The notes under the pieces were generated by a model. It worked only from the letters and a program-made list of their open reading frames with translations, had not been told where the DNA came from and did not search any database. From assembly GCA_951406725.2 (NCBI GenBank), contig OX597817.1:58466001-58530000 (forward strand): a DNA stretch of 64,000 nt, given 5' to 3'. Numbering within the stretch: position 1 is the first letter of the stretch; the number at the start of each line of letters is the position of its first letter. Source of the stretch: Octopus vulgaris (taxonomy: Eukaryota). The translations under genes were made by a program, and so were the position numbers. This document shows positions 1-12,920 of this stretch, in pieces.

Positions 1-43
<43 letters not shown>

Positions 44-61
44 TATATACATATATATATA

Positions 62-95
<34 letters not shown>

Positions 96-114
96 TATAT
101 ACACATATATATAT

Positions 115-179
<65 letters not shown>

Positions 180-382
180 TACATATATATATACATATAT
201 ACATATATATATATATATACATACATATATATATACATATATATATACATATATATACATATACATATATATACATATACATATATATACATATACATAT
301 ATATACATATATATATACATATATATATATACATATATATATATACATATATATACATATATATATATACATATATATATAC

Positions 383-413
<31 letters not shown>

Positions 414-420
414 CATATAA
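1..420. repeat. (TA)n/(TACA)n compound microsatellite
   Basis: Pure TA/TACA repeats. Similar tracts at 632-866, 3447-4682 and dozens of other sites produce the IY/TH/CV junk ORFs. Confidence 0.99.
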
Positions 421-631
421 TATAATATTATTAGAGACAAAACCACTATTTTGCAAAACAAACAAGGACTTTTTATTAAAATTTTATGTATTGATTAAGT
501 CTTTCCTTGCTTGTTTTGCAAAATAGTGGTTTTGTCTCTAATAATATTATATAATATTTTACTATAAAATTGGATTTAATCCTAAATCTGATTTTTTCCC
601 TGTAAATTTGGATTTATTCCCTAATATTTAT
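421..631. mobile_element. Fold-back remnant between (TA)n tracts, probably the end of a Penelope-like element
   Basis: 48-bp inverted arms 421-468 / 504-551 (1 mismatch) followed by a unique tail; same layout as the ribozyme-bearing elements at 4682 and 6496. Confidence 0.55.
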
Positions 632-652
632 TATATATACATATATATATAC

Positions 653-687
<35 letters not shown>

Positions 688-736
688 CATATATATATAC
701 ATATATATATATACATATATATACATATATATATAC

Positions 737-767
<31 letters not shown>

Positions 768-805
768 CATATATATATACATATATATATATACATATAT
801 ATACA

Positions 806-841
<36 letters not shown>

Positions 842-864
842 CATATATATACATATATATATAT

Positions 865-3022
865 ATAAATCCTTAAATCCTTAAAAATGTTTTAGCCCGA
901 AGGCCGCGGCCATGCTGGGGCACCACCGCTGATTGAGCTACACTAGTTTGTGAATCCACCTCTGATACGTGGCACTTGATCAACAAGGGAGTTCGATGCT
1001 GCTTCCCGCATCCGTGTCTCCTGTCGTGAGGTAGGTTCATCTGGGACTCCCAACAAGAAGAGATCCAGTTTAGTTTTAAAGAAACCCACATCCACACCAT
1101 GTAAGTCTCTCAGGCATTTAGGGAGGATGTTAAAGAGCTGTGGTCCTCTGAAACCCAAGCTGTTGCAGTATCTGGACCTGTATTTTGATGGTGATGTTGG
1201 AATCCTTGGCACCACGCAGCGGCGCCCCGTTCTGCGGTTGGAGTAACTTTGAATGCCAAAGTTTGGGACAAGACCCTCCAGGATTTTCCAGATGTATATC
1301 ACTGCATATCTCTCCCGCCTCCGCTCCAGGGAGAAGAGGTTTAATACCTTCAGTCTTTCCCAGTAGCTGACATTTTGCATTGAGACGATTTTCTTTGTGT
1401 AGCTTCTCTGTGTTGCTTCGAGTTCTGCTGTTTGTTTTATATTGTGTGGTGACCAAAGTTGGGAGCAGTAGTCCAAGCGGCTGAGGACAAATGTTTTCCA
1501 TAGGACCATCAGTGTCTCCTTCTCTCTTGTTCTGAAAGTTCGGAGAATCCATCCAGCTAGCCGTCTGCATTTTATCACCAGATTAGCAATATGCATTTGG
1601 AAAGATGCATCATTGCTCATGTCAATGCCCAGGTCACGCACTGATTTTGACTCAGGGATTGCAATTCTTCCTGGGCCAGTGTATCCAGTCTTCACGTCAT
1701 TTACCTTTGTGTGCCAGTAGCGCAGGGCCTGGAATTTACCTGCATTAAACTGCATGTTGTTGTCCTCAGCCCACCTGTATATTGTGTCCAGCTCATGTTG
1801 CAGATGCGCAATATTTTCAGGGTTTTGTATTGCGTGGGAGACTTTTGTGTCATCTGCATAGCTAGCAAGGGTGGTCATCGTAGCAACTGAAGGCATGTCT
1901 GAAAGGGCCACTATGAACATCAGTGGCCCCAAGACAGTGCCCTGTGGGACACCGCTTGTTATTTGCGTTTCCCTGGAGGTGGCTCCATTGCTCACAACTG
2001 CCTGTTTTCTGTCTTTTAGGAAGTTGTGCAGCCACTCTCCAAGTTTCCCGCCTATGCCGAGACCACGCAGTTTGTGACAGATCATACCATGGTCGACTTT
2101 ATCAAAGGCTTTTGCAAAGTCAAGATATATTACATCCACATTTGAGCCATTTAGTAGCTGTTTCAACACCCAGTCATAGTGTTGCAGGAGCTGTGTTAGG
2201 CAGCCTCTACCTGGTCGAAATCCATGCTGGGTGTCAGACAGTAAGTCATTTTCTTCAAGGAACATGATTAGTTTCTTACGGACTATTCGTTCCATGACTT
2301 TGCTGATGTGTGAGGTCAGAGAGATAGGCCTATAATTTTTAGCATCTGCTCTGCTACCTCCCTTATGGATAGGGCATATTATCCCCTCTTTCAGTTTGAC
2401 TGGGAGCTTACCACTTGCAAGAAAGCTCTGAAAAAGAAGCTGTAGCGGTTTTGCAAGGGCTCGTTTGCACGATTTGAGAAGGATCGCTGGGAATCCATCA
2501 GGTCCAGCAGCTGAGTTTGTGTCAATCTCATCAATGGCTAGTGTGATATCATCTTCTTCGATGTTGATGTACTCAATTTTTGTCTCTTTGGCCGCTGGTA
2601 AAGTGGCAAAGAATTCTTCTGGGTTGTTTACTTGCCTGTGTCCTAGAGGTGTAGTGAACACACTTTGGAACTGTTCGTTCAGTATTTCACTTATCCTCGT
2701 GGGATTTCCTGTGAGAGAGCCATCTTTTTGGAAGAGAGGTCCTATTCTCTGGTGCACTGTGGCTGTCTCTTTGGCAAACTTAAAGAAAGCTTTAGGGTTT
2801 GATTTTATATTTTCTATTACCCAAGCTTCTTTATCTGCTCTCTCCTTTTCATGGGACTCATGTAGACTTTTCTCAGTTTCCATTAGCATTCTTTCGAGCC
2901 GAGACTTCTCACCACTTTTGGTGTGCTTGCTCAGGCGGTTTGCAATCCTTGTCCGTCGTCTCATAAGAATCCTCCTTTCTCTAGGGATCCTGTTTTTGTT
3001 CTTGTGTGTGCTGGCCCTGCAC
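865..3022 (-). mobile_element. 5'-truncated CR1-group (CR1/L2-like) LINE with intact 3' end
   Basis: Uninterrupted RT ORF, short 3' UTR with GGTGCCCCAGCATGGCC plus hairpin, and a (TTTAAGGA)2 terminal repeat abutting (TA)n. No endonuclease domain present. Confidence 0.93.
943..2964 (-). CDS. LINE ORF2 reverse transcriptase and C-terminal region (frame stays open up to the truncation at 3022)
   Basis: Motifs AGPDG, NYRPISL, QHGFR, YLDFAKAFDKV, GVPQGTVLGP, YADD, RDLG; 673 aa with no stop. Confidence 0.95.
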   Translation of the reverse strand: MRRRTRIANRLSKHTKSGEKSRLERMLMETEKSLHESHEKERADKEAWVIENIKSNPKAFFKFAKETATVHQRIGPLFQKDGSLTGNPTRISEILNEQFQSVFTTPLGHRQVNNPEEFFATLPAAKETKIEYINIEEDDITLAIDEIDTNSAAGPDGFPAILLKSCKRALAKPLQLLFQSFLASGKLPVKLKEGIICPIHKGGSRADAKNYRPISLTSHISKVMERIVRKKLIMFLEENDLLSDTQHGFRPGRGCLTQLLQHYDWVLKQLLNGSNVDVIYLDFAKAFDKVDHGMICHKLRGLGIGGKLGEWLHNFLKDRKQAVVSNGATSRETQITSGVPQGTVLGPLMFIVALSDMPSVATMTTLASYADDTKVSHAIQNPENIAHLQHELDTIYRWAEDNNMQFNAGKFQALRYWHTKVNDVKTGYTGPGRIAIPESKSVRDLGIDMSNDASFQMHIANLVIKCRRLAGWILRTFRTREKETLMVLWKTFVLSRLDYCSQLWSPHNIKQTAELEATQRSYTKKIVSMQNVSYWERLKVLNLFSLERRRERYAVIYIWKILEGLVPNFGIQSYSNRRTGRRCVVPRIPTSPSKYRSRYCNSLGFRGPQLFNILPKCLRDLHGVDVGFFKTKLDLFLLGVPDEPTSRQETRMREAASNSLVDQVPRIRGGFTN

Positions 3023-3446
3023 TTTTTTTTTTTTTTTTTTTTATCTTAGCCAATATAACTTTATTACACTCTCCAAGCAATGAATCTATCTGTAACCATA
3101 ACCTTTGATTACTTTCTCATAACTTCGAATCTTTTTGCTCACAGTCTCTTTAGCTTTTCTTTTCAAGGCTGCATCAGATCTTGCTTTTCCAACAAAGATA
3201 CTAGATTTCGCCTTTCTTTTAGCTTCTAAACTGGCAATGACAGGTTGGTATTTCCAGCCAACTTCATGGGCCAATCGATTCAAATCGCAGTACTTTCGGC
3301 CAGGTTTTAAACGAATAATTCGGTGAGCTGCTGGAACAATCATTCGCTTCGTTTTGTTGTACTGAGGAGGGATTCCCTCAAATGCCTTCAGTCGGCCAAG
3401 AGCATCTTTTCCACGCTTAATTTTATGAGGAAGCATACCTCTGACT
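3023..3446 (-). pseudogene. RPL13A: Processed pseudogene of 60S ribosomal protein L13a, 5'-truncated
   Basis: [44 protein letters not shown] to TAG at 3086-3088; intronless; AATAAA at 3060-3065; 20-nt poly(A) at 3023-3042. Confidence 0.95.
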
Positions 3447-3551
3447 ATATATATATGTATATATATATGTATATATATGTATATATATGTATATATGTAT
3501 ATATATGTATATATGTATATATATGTATATATGTATATATATGTATATATG

Positions 3552-3646
<95 letters not shown>

Positions 3647-3659
3647 GTATATATATATG

Positions 3660-3690
<31 letters not shown>

Positions 3691-4124
3691 GTATATATAC
3701 ATATATGTATATATATACATATATACATATATATACATATATATACATATATACATATATATACATATATATATACATATATATATACATATACATACAT
3801 ATATATATATATACATATACATACATATATATACATATACATACATATATATACATATACATACATATATATATATATATATACATATACATACATACAT
3901 ATATATATATATACATATACATACATATACATACATATATATATATATATACATATATATATACATATACATACATATATATATACATACTTATATATAT
4001 ATACATATATATATACATACATATATACATATATATATACATACATATATATATATATACATATATATATACATACATATATACATATATATATACATAC
4101 ATATATATATACATACATATATAT

Positions 4125-4165
<41 letters not shown>

Positions 4166-4423
4166 CATATATATATATACATATATATACATACATATAT
4201 ATATATATACATATATATATACATACATATATATATATATACATATATATATACATACATATATATATATATATATATACATATATATATACATACATAT
4301 ATATATATATACATATATATATACATACATATATATATATACATATATATATACATACATATATATATACATATGCATACATATATATATACATACATAT
4401 ATATATATATACATATACATACA

Positions 4424-4455
<32 letters not shown>

Positions 4456-4609
4456 CATATATACATACATACATATATATATACACATACATATATATAT
4501 ATACATACATATATATACATATACATACATATATATATATACATACATATATATACATATACATACATATATATACATATACATACATATATATACATAT
4601 ACATACATA

Positions 4610-4681
<72 letters not shown>

Positions 4682-4688
<7 letters not shown>

Positions 4689-5309
4689 ATGGAGTCGAAC
4701 GAGGATTTTAACACAATTCCTTTAATTTCAACACATGTTTCGAAGACTGCATATTCTTAATTCTGAAGGAATAAGGTGCATTATGCCGTCTTCTCATCAG
4801 GAAAGTCAAGGAAAATCAATCAGCCTCAAGACGGACAAAAAACATTTCTATGGCTTGCTACATATTGACCACAGTGGTAATGAGTGATTTTAAAAATCCG
4901 TTAAAAGCAATGACATCAAAAATGTTTGGAAGAGGAATTTATGAAAATATGAAAATCAGTCATTATCACTGTGGTCAATATGTAGCAAGCCATAGAAAAG
5001 TTTTTTGTCCGGCTGGAGGCTGATTGATTTTCCTTGACTTTCCTGATGAGAAGACGGCATAATGCACCTTATTCCTTCAGAATTAAGAATATGCAGTCTT
5101 CGAAACATGTGTTGAAATTAAAGGAATTGTGTTAAAATCCTCGTTCGACTCCATTCTTTTACTCATTTTAAATATTACACAAATTACCACACAAGAACAC
5201 GGAGTTTCTACCTTTGGCATGTAGCTTCAACCGTATTTTCTGACGTGAATTTGCTACCCAGGTATCGGTTAACCGAAGTATCAATACTAGGATAATTCAT
5301 TCACCTACT

Positions 5310-5312
<3 letters not shown>
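4682..5312 (+). mobile_element. Penelope-like pLTR remnant with inverted duplication
   Basis: ~210-bp inverted arms 4682-4891 / 4952-5161 with a 60-bp spacer, each carrying a hammerhead motif; flanked by (TA)n. Same family as 53480-53620. Confidence 0.75.
5039..5117 (+). ncRNA. Type I minimal hammerhead ribozyme (inverted copy on - at about 4726-4804)
   Basis: tttc-CTGATGA-gaagac...gtcttc-GAAA-catgtg-TT-gaaa; predicted cleavage after 5113. Confidence 0.75.
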
Positions 5313-5358
<46 letters not shown>

Positions 5359-6495
5359 CAAATTTGCAAAAAAAAAAGGATGAAGACAGGTGTAGGAACA
5401 ATAAGCAAGTGAATTAGTTTGACGCTCTGGAAAAATGGAAAAGTCTTTTACGCTTCGAGCCTACACTCTACGACTGAAAGGAATAAAAGGAAACAAAGAG
5501 AGAGGGGGGAGAAAGAGAGAGAGAGAGAGAATGGGGTGAAAAAACTCGGAGAGAGAATAACTGTGTAGAGTTCAGCGGTCCAATATGGCGATTGACAGGA
5601 AAAATAGAAGATGAGAATGCAATTAGAATAGTTAAAATATTTTCTATTGTTATATTTAAAGATTTTCTTTCTTTGTTTATTCACTGAACATTGGTAGAGT
5701 GGGAAGACCTGGAATTTGTTCAGCGAATAGCACAGATGAAACACCGATAAACAAAGAAAATACTTTGATACAAAAGTAGAAACCAAGACTTACCAAACGT
5801 TAACAAACCAGACACAACTATTCAAACTCAAAACTCATTCTGTCACTTACGGTGAGGAACCTACACAGCTATCAACCTAAACATTAACCACTGGACCACA
5901 TACAAACGACACCTGTCCACTCTCTCACCTGGCCGATTAAATTTAGAGTGACTTGATTGTAAATAAATATTTTCACTCAACCGTGTCGGCCTTCATTTTA
6001 GGCGCAAAATATACTGTCACTTGACACTAACGCACGGACTTCGTTCTCTACAAACACTTGAAAGGAAATATTCGGACCATTGTTTGTTTGGACATGTTCA
6101 GTCAACCGTGTCAACCTTAGCTCACGACACCAAACATTGTTACTAGATACTAACACACGGACGTAGCGGAGGACGTGCAAAACAATTTTAACCACTCATG
6201 TGACTATGCGCTACTGATCATATCCTATTCAAAACATATATTAATCTGAGTCATGAACACCCTACAAAAATAGGGCAAACTTCAAACACTAGTCAGAAGC
6301 AAGTCAGCTACGAGAAAAAAACATGTCTTTCTACTGAACTTTTTGAAAATCAGTGTAAACTGTGAAACCAGTTAAAGCTTTAAATGTTTTAATAAAAAAT
6401 ATTTTAACTATTTTCATTGCATTTTCAACTTCTATTTTTTCTATTTCTACCCCTGTGGAATAAAATGACTTTGCTATATATATATATATATATAT

Positions 6496-7020
6496 ATTAT
6501 ATAATTAGGGCTTAGTAAAATAAATTACTTTGCCTCATACTGAACTTAGTAGAAATAGCAGCCAAAAAAATTTTTTCTTAGCATTCTACGACACTGTTAG
6601 TTGGAGTGGTTCATCTGAAGCGACAAGTTCGATGATAGGTAAAGTTCCTGCTTTTTAGTGTTTCCAAATCCAAATTAAGAAATTTTGAGCTGACGAAAGA
6701 AATGCTGATTTTATTTGGCTAATCTTGAAACGTTGACGTACTCAAACGATCTACGTACTTGTGATATTTTTCTGTATTTACCCCCAAACCTTCGTGAGCT
6801 GTCAGGAGTAAACATTATCTGAGAGAAATTTTCTTTAAGTAGTAGAATGCTAAGAAAAAATTTTTTTGGCTGCTATTTCTACTAAGTTCAGTATGTGGCA
6901 AAGTAATTTATTTTACTAAGCCCTAATTATATAATGTAATATTTTGAATTCGCCTTAAATGGTCCTTTTACATACTGAACACTTGGTGAAATTGATTAAT
7001 TAATTAATTTTACCCTCAAT
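6496..7020 (+). mobile_element. Penelope-like fold-back element with an internal hammerhead
   Basis: 94-bp inverted arms 6496-6589 / 6842-6935; arms and tail homologous to 41633-41967 (opposite orientation). Confidence 0.7.
6684..6746 (+). ncRNA. Type I hammerhead ribozyme, canonical core
   Basis: Stem I tttgag/ctcaaa, CTGACGA, stem II aaga/tctt, GAAA, stem III ACGT-tg-ACGT, GUA triplet (cleavage after 6740). Confidence 0.85.
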
Positions 7021-7389
7021 TGTTGGTATGTATGTATGTATGTATGTATGTATGTATGTATGTATGTATGTATGTATGTATGTATGTATGTATAGATGTT
7101 AAATAGAATGAGACGACAAAACCAAGGCTGTGTGGAATTTTCAGGACATTTATAAAGAGAAAGTTAGTCTTACAGCTCTTTCTGGGATATTAGGAATGTA
7201 GTGGTAGTATTAAGTGGATAGAGGAGGGAGAAGAGATGTGTATGTTAAAATGAGGAGAGAGGTGAAAAGGAAAAGGTGAGAAAAAAAGGAAAGAAAGAGG
7301 AAGAGAAAATGAAAACAAGAAGAGAAAATGAAATGATGCCAGATAATACCGGACTGACTTGGTGCTTTAACTTAAGTACCTAATTCAAC

Positions 7390-7425
7390 TGTCCGACGAA
7401 CGGGAACGTGAAACTCTGAGTAACA
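7390..7425 (+). ncRNA. Minimal hammerhead ribozyme, U4C core
   Basis: tgt-CCGACGA-acg(GGAA)cgt-GAAA-ctc.t.gag-TA-aca; same family at 55630-55712. Confidence 0.65.
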
Positions 7426-7598
7426 ATTTTAGAGATATTTTTGCTGCCTTTTAATAAAGCGTACACACACACACACACACACATATATATCCCCTTTTCC
7501 CTAGCTCTCCTGTGTGACCCTTCTGACCGGCATTCGCCATGGTAGATCGCTAGCCACTAGACATTCTTTATTTTCTCTCCTTGTTTCTTTCTGTGTTC

Positions 7599-7634
7599 CT
7601 TTCTGTAGAAGAGCGTAGGCTCGAAACGTTAAAG
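7599..7634 (+). ncRNA. Minimal hammerhead-like motif, A6U core family
   Basis: cttt-CTGTAGA-a-gagc(gtag)gctc-GAAA-cg-TT-aaag; other copies at 35322-35357(+), 48361-48396(-), 50645-50680(-), degenerate 5445-5480(-). Confidence 0.6.
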
Positions 7635-8088
7635 ACTTTTCACTTCCTGAGCGTTATACTAATACATCAATTTGTTGTCTACACCACCTGTCTTCGTCTT
7701 TTGTTTTTTTTGTGAATTCTCATATATATATATATATATAGGCAGATAGCTACCTAGCTAGCTAGATAGATAGATGTGTGTGTGTGTGTGTGTCTGGAGT
7801 TTGCCTTCATCCCCCCCTCCGCTGTACAACCCGTGTTAGTTTGTTCACGTCCCCGTAACTCAGTGATTCAGCTTAAGAGACTGATAGAGGAGTACCAGGC
7901 TTTAAAAATGTAAGTCCTGGAGGTCGATTTGTTTAAATAAAACTCTTCAAGACGATGCCCCAGCATGGCCACAGTCCAATCACAGAAACAAGTAAAAAAC
8001 AATAAAAGATAAACACAGAATGATAGACTGACAGACACAGATAGATAGATAGACATAAATACATATACTCAGATAGATAGATGGATAA

Positions 8089-8163
<75 letters not shown>

Positions 8164-9119
8164 TACATACGTACGTACATACATACATACATACATACAT
8201 ACATACATACATAGACAGACAGATAGACTGATACATAGATAGATACATATATACAAAGCAGACAGAAAAGACAAGCAGAAAAGCCCGACCGACCGACCAA
8301 CAGACAGACAGATAGATACAAAAAAGAGAGACACAGAGATATAGAGATAGAGAGGAGGAGGGGAAGGAAGAGTGCTCTAACATTGCGGCAGAGAGGCAGG
8401 CAAGCAGCGGCTATCCGCTGTTACCCAGTAACACTATCAGCACCGCCGCCACCACCACCACCACCACCACCACCACCACCACCACCATCATATGAATCAC
8501 TGACCTCATTATACAAATGTTTATTACAACTCTAAAATTTCCCCCTATGAGAAAACTATCGAGGTGAGCTCACTTCTCCGCACTGCCAGCTCCACTCCCA
8601 GCGATGGTTCATCTCCCATCAACTTCAAGCTATTGTTTACCACAGTCCAGAATCGATTTTTATTCACAACTGGAAGTTCTGTATGAAGCAAAGTCGACAA
8701 GTTTGACAATCTCCATCAAAACCATGCCGTAACAAACCCCTGCTTTATCTAATACACAACTATATACGCACAATTATACATATATATATATGAATGTATA
8801 CGCATTATCGGACTGATTCGAAAGTAAGTTGATATATAACTGTTGTTGTTTTGTTGTTGTTTATGCTTCCTTGGTGTAATATTTGGTATAATATTCTGGT
8901 CTTATGATTATCTCGTGCTTGCTTTTTAGCCTTGAGTTAATGCTGATCGAAAACATTCCAGCCGAGACCATCCCTTTTATATACACGCCCGAACAATCCT
9001 GTATACGCATGTGTGTTTATATAAAGTTTGTATATGTATGTATACGCATACAGACACATATATACGTATATATATACACACACATACACACCCGCCCACC
9101 CATTAACGTTCATACGTAC

Positions 9120-9222
<103 letters not shown>

Positions 9223-9385
9223 CATCTATCTATATATCCATCTATCTATATATCCATATATATCTATATATCTATATATCTATATATATATCTATATATC
9301 TATATATATATCTATATATCTATATATCTATATATCTATATATCTATAGATATATATATCTATATATCTATATATCTATATATCC

Positions 9386-9427
<42 letters not shown>

Positions 9428-10424
9428 ATCCATCTATCTATCTATGAACATACATACCTATACACGTATAGCAATAAGCCTGAGGTTTGACTGCTGCTTC
9501 TAGCAGACCGAATGACCTCTATCAAGGACTCCTTTGTTCATGACATCATATTGTTTTTATTTATTTCCAACAGCTGATAGTGATTCGAGTGGGATTTGGC
9601 TGCTATTTCTCGCAGGCCGATAACAGAGCTACCCCCTCCCACCTGTTGCCCGACGTTCCGTTTTCTAGAGTTATTTAGAGAAATATTTCAAATATTTTTT
9701 CTTATAAAATGTGCTTCAATGTTTTTTTAAGGTGCTGGGGCGTGGGGGTAGGGCTTAGGATTCGGTTTTTTTTAGGGGAGAAATTGATAAATATTTATAC
9801 AGAGGAAAACTAAGTTGGTTCGTACGTTCGACGTCGCTGTTGTCTTTGTTGTGGTTTTGTAGCTGTTTAGCCACAGGTTAGCTCGATCCAAGCACATTCC
9901 AGCCGTGACCATCTTGTGTTTTTTTATCTGGGTAATATTGGGACAATATCATGTAATATATCTTTATCTTAAGCATTAAGAATAAGAGTTGAATGCTATT
10001 TGGCTGCTATTTCTAGCGGGGTGACCACCTCTACAGGGTCCCTTAACTTATTCCTCTCTCATTGGGTTTGAAAATTTGTGAAGTAAATGGTGATACTCTC
10101 ACAATCTCCTGGTTTAGATATTATTATATATGACTGTGCGTCGAACAATGCACCCTGCAAATACTAGTTAGGAACGCCCACATACGAGAGATAACGTCAC
10201 CGCCAAAATAGCGCGTAGTTTTAATTTTGTTGCGAAAGAGCCTTAAAGTTCAGGGGCATCATGTAGCGCAGCACGTCCCTTCGCCATTCTGATGGAGTTT
10301 TTTGGGACTAGCAGACCTTCGAAGACCTATTCCACACAAGAAAGGAAAAAACCTTCGTCGCTTTTTTAGTATTTCAGTTTTACATCAAACGGAAAATATG
10401 CTTATCAAATTTTTTTTTAAGCAA

Positions 10425-10763
10425 TTTTTACTTGTTTCAGTCATTGGTCTACGGCCATGCTGGGGCACCATCTTGAAGGGCTTAGACAAACAAATCGACC
10501 CCAGTCTGATATTTATTGTATTGGTCTCATTTGCCGAACTGCTAAGTTACAGAGATGTAAACAAACTAAAACCAATTGTCAAGCAGTGAGGTGGGATGGT
10601 GGGTAGGAAGACAAATACACACACATCTTATCGGGTTTCGATACAGTTTCCATCTACGAAATCCATTCACAAGTCTTTGGTCGGCCCAAAGTGCCACACA
10701 GCGGGACTAAACCCAAAACCATATGGTCGCAAAGCTAGCTTCTAACCACACAGCCGGGCCTGC
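10425..10763 (-). mobile_element. tRNA-derived SINE family B (CORE-like body, CR1-type tail)
   Basis: Matches the family sequence ggctgtgtggt..ggttcagtccc..ggtgc(t/c)ccagcatggccgcagtc..tgactgaaacaag. Confidence 0.8.
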
Positions 10764-10988
10764 TTCAACGAATTCTTTCCCCTAAATTTACTAAAATGTT
10801 TTGCACACATTTTGCATGCTGACACTCAGACTTTCATACCCTTTTCTTTTCCAAAAGGAGGCATGGGACTTCGAAGGACAACTGTCCCAAAATTCCTCCT
10901 TCACCACAAAGTTCTTTAATTCAAGCTGCTACAACACTAACCTGAATACAGTTGTAACTATTCCAAATCTAAACACATAGTCAGGATA

Positions 10989-11145
10989 TGCTGTATATAA
11001 ACAGAGAAAGAGCGGTGTGCTGTATATAAACAGAAAGTATACTGTATATAGACACAGAAAGAGAGGTTTGCTGTATATAAACATAGAACTAAGGGTGTAT
11101 TATATATAAGCATAGAAAGTGGGGTGTGCTGTATATAAACATACA
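10989..11145. repeat. Degenerate ~29-bp minisatellite, about 5 units
   Basis: Recurring tgctgtatataaaca.agaaag..g.gg units. Confidence 0.7.
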
Positions 11146-11306
11146 AATATAATCAAAGTTTTCCAAACGAACTAAATAGTTATTTCTTTACCAAAAACGG
11201 CGGAATTTTGAAGTCTTCAGAATAGTAACGAGGCTGTTTTGGTTATTGTAAATAACAGTCAAAATAACAAAGTTCTGTTAGCATTCCTCAACAAATTAAA
11301 TCGAAC

Positions 11307-12056
11307 AGCTGGCAGAAACGTTAGCACGCCGGGCGAAATGCTTAGCGGTATTTTGTCTGCGTTACGTTGTGAGTTCAAATTCCGCCGTGGTCGACTTTGC
11401 CTTTCATCCTTTCGGGGTCGATTAAATAAGTACCAGTTACGCACTGGAATCGATATAATCGACTTAATCCGTTTGTCTTTTCTTATTCGTCCCCTCTGTG
11501 TTTAGCCCCTTGTGGGTAGTAAAGAAATAGGTATTTCGTCTGTCTTTACGTTCTGTGTTCAAATTCTACCGAGGTCGACTTTCATGCTTTCAGGGTCGAT
11601 AAATTAAGTACCAGCTACGCACTGGGGTCGATATAATCGACTTAATCCGTTTGTCTGTTCTTATTCGTCCCCTCTGTGTTTAGCCCTTGTGGGTAGTAAA
11701 GAAATAGTTATTTTGTCTGTCTTCAAATTCCACCGAGGTCGACTTTCATGCTTTCAGGGTCGATAAATTAAGTACCAGTTGCGTACTGGCGTCGATCTAA
11801 TCGACTGCTCCCCCCCCTCCCCACCAAATTTTGGGGCTTGTGCCTAAAATAGAAAAGAATCGTTAGCACGCCGGTTCCTTAACAAATGCTGTCATCATCG
11901 GCATTTCGTCTGCATTTACATTCTGAGTTCAAATTCCGCCGAGGTCGACTTTGTCCTTCATCCTTTCGGGGTCGGTAAATAAAGTACCAGTTGCGTACTG
12001 GGGTCGATTTATCGGCCACCCCGAAATTGCTGGCTTTGTGTCGGAATTCCAAATTA
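11307..12056 (+). mobile_element. SINE family A multimer plus an adjacent monomer
   Basis: Head agctggcagaaacgttagc, B-box gagttcaaattcc, central domain gcctttcatcctttcggggtcgat..aagtaccag repeated in tandem. Confidence 0.88.
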
Positions 12057-12101
12057 ATATTACTCAACAACTTCAAGAACTACATTTCAAGAACTAACAG
12101 A

Positions 12102-12441
12102 CGCAGGCGTGGCTGTGTGGTAAGAAGCTTGCTTCTCAACCACATGGTTCCGGATTCAGTCCCTCTGTGTGGCACCTTGGGCAAGTGTCTTCTACTATAG
12201 CCTCGGGCCGACCAAAGCCTTTATTCGTCTATTCGTTTCAGTCATTTTGACTGCGGCCATGCTGGAGCACCGCCTTTAGTCGACCAAATCGACCCCAGGA
12301 CTTATTCTTTGTAAGCCTAGTACTTATTCAATCGGTCTCTTGTACCGAACCGCTAGGTTACGGGGACGTAAACACACCAGCATCAATGTCAAGCGATGTT
12401 GGGACACACACACACACATACATATATACATACATAAATAT

Positions 12442-12507
<66 letters not shown>

Positions 12508-12698
12508 ATACACGACGGGCTTCTTCCAGTTTCCGTCTACCAAATCCACTCACAAGGCTTTTCTATCCACGCGGATAGGAAAGCCTTTTTTTCTTTCGAG
12601 GGCTTATATGCCTCTTTCTTAGACTATTTTCCTCGTCATTGCACGGTGGTCGCCATAAGATTTAAGCTTATATAAAAATACCATTATGATATATGTGT

Positions 12699-12749
<51 letters not shown>

Positions 12750-12920
12750 CGTGTGTGACTATTTGTCACCCCGCCATCGTTTGACAACCGATGCTGGCAA
12801 AAGTGCCCGATAAAATACGTACCTAGGCTTTCGAAAAATAAGTCCTGGCGTCCATTTGTTCGACTAAAAGGCGGTGCTCCATCATGGCCGCAGTCATATG
12901 TCTGAAACAAGTAAAAGAAC
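12102..12920 (+). mobile_element. Nested SINE family B copies (+ head, inverted - body, unrelated insert, + tail)
   Basis: Head 12102-12221(+); body and tail 12222-12560(-); insert 12561-12690 homologous to 40210-40340; tail 12755-12920(+). Confidence 0.8.

Noticed and set aside
1130-3049. Overlapping and antisense ORFs within the LINE
   Set aside because: Shadow frames of the RT ORF with no independent motifs.
3447-4760. Long ORFs of 200-540 aa, including the N-terminal part of the 3086..4714 ORF
   Set aside because: Translations of (TA)/(TACA)n; only 3086-3446 is real coding-derived sequence (RPL13A). The same applies to all IY/TH/CV/SL-repeat ORFs.
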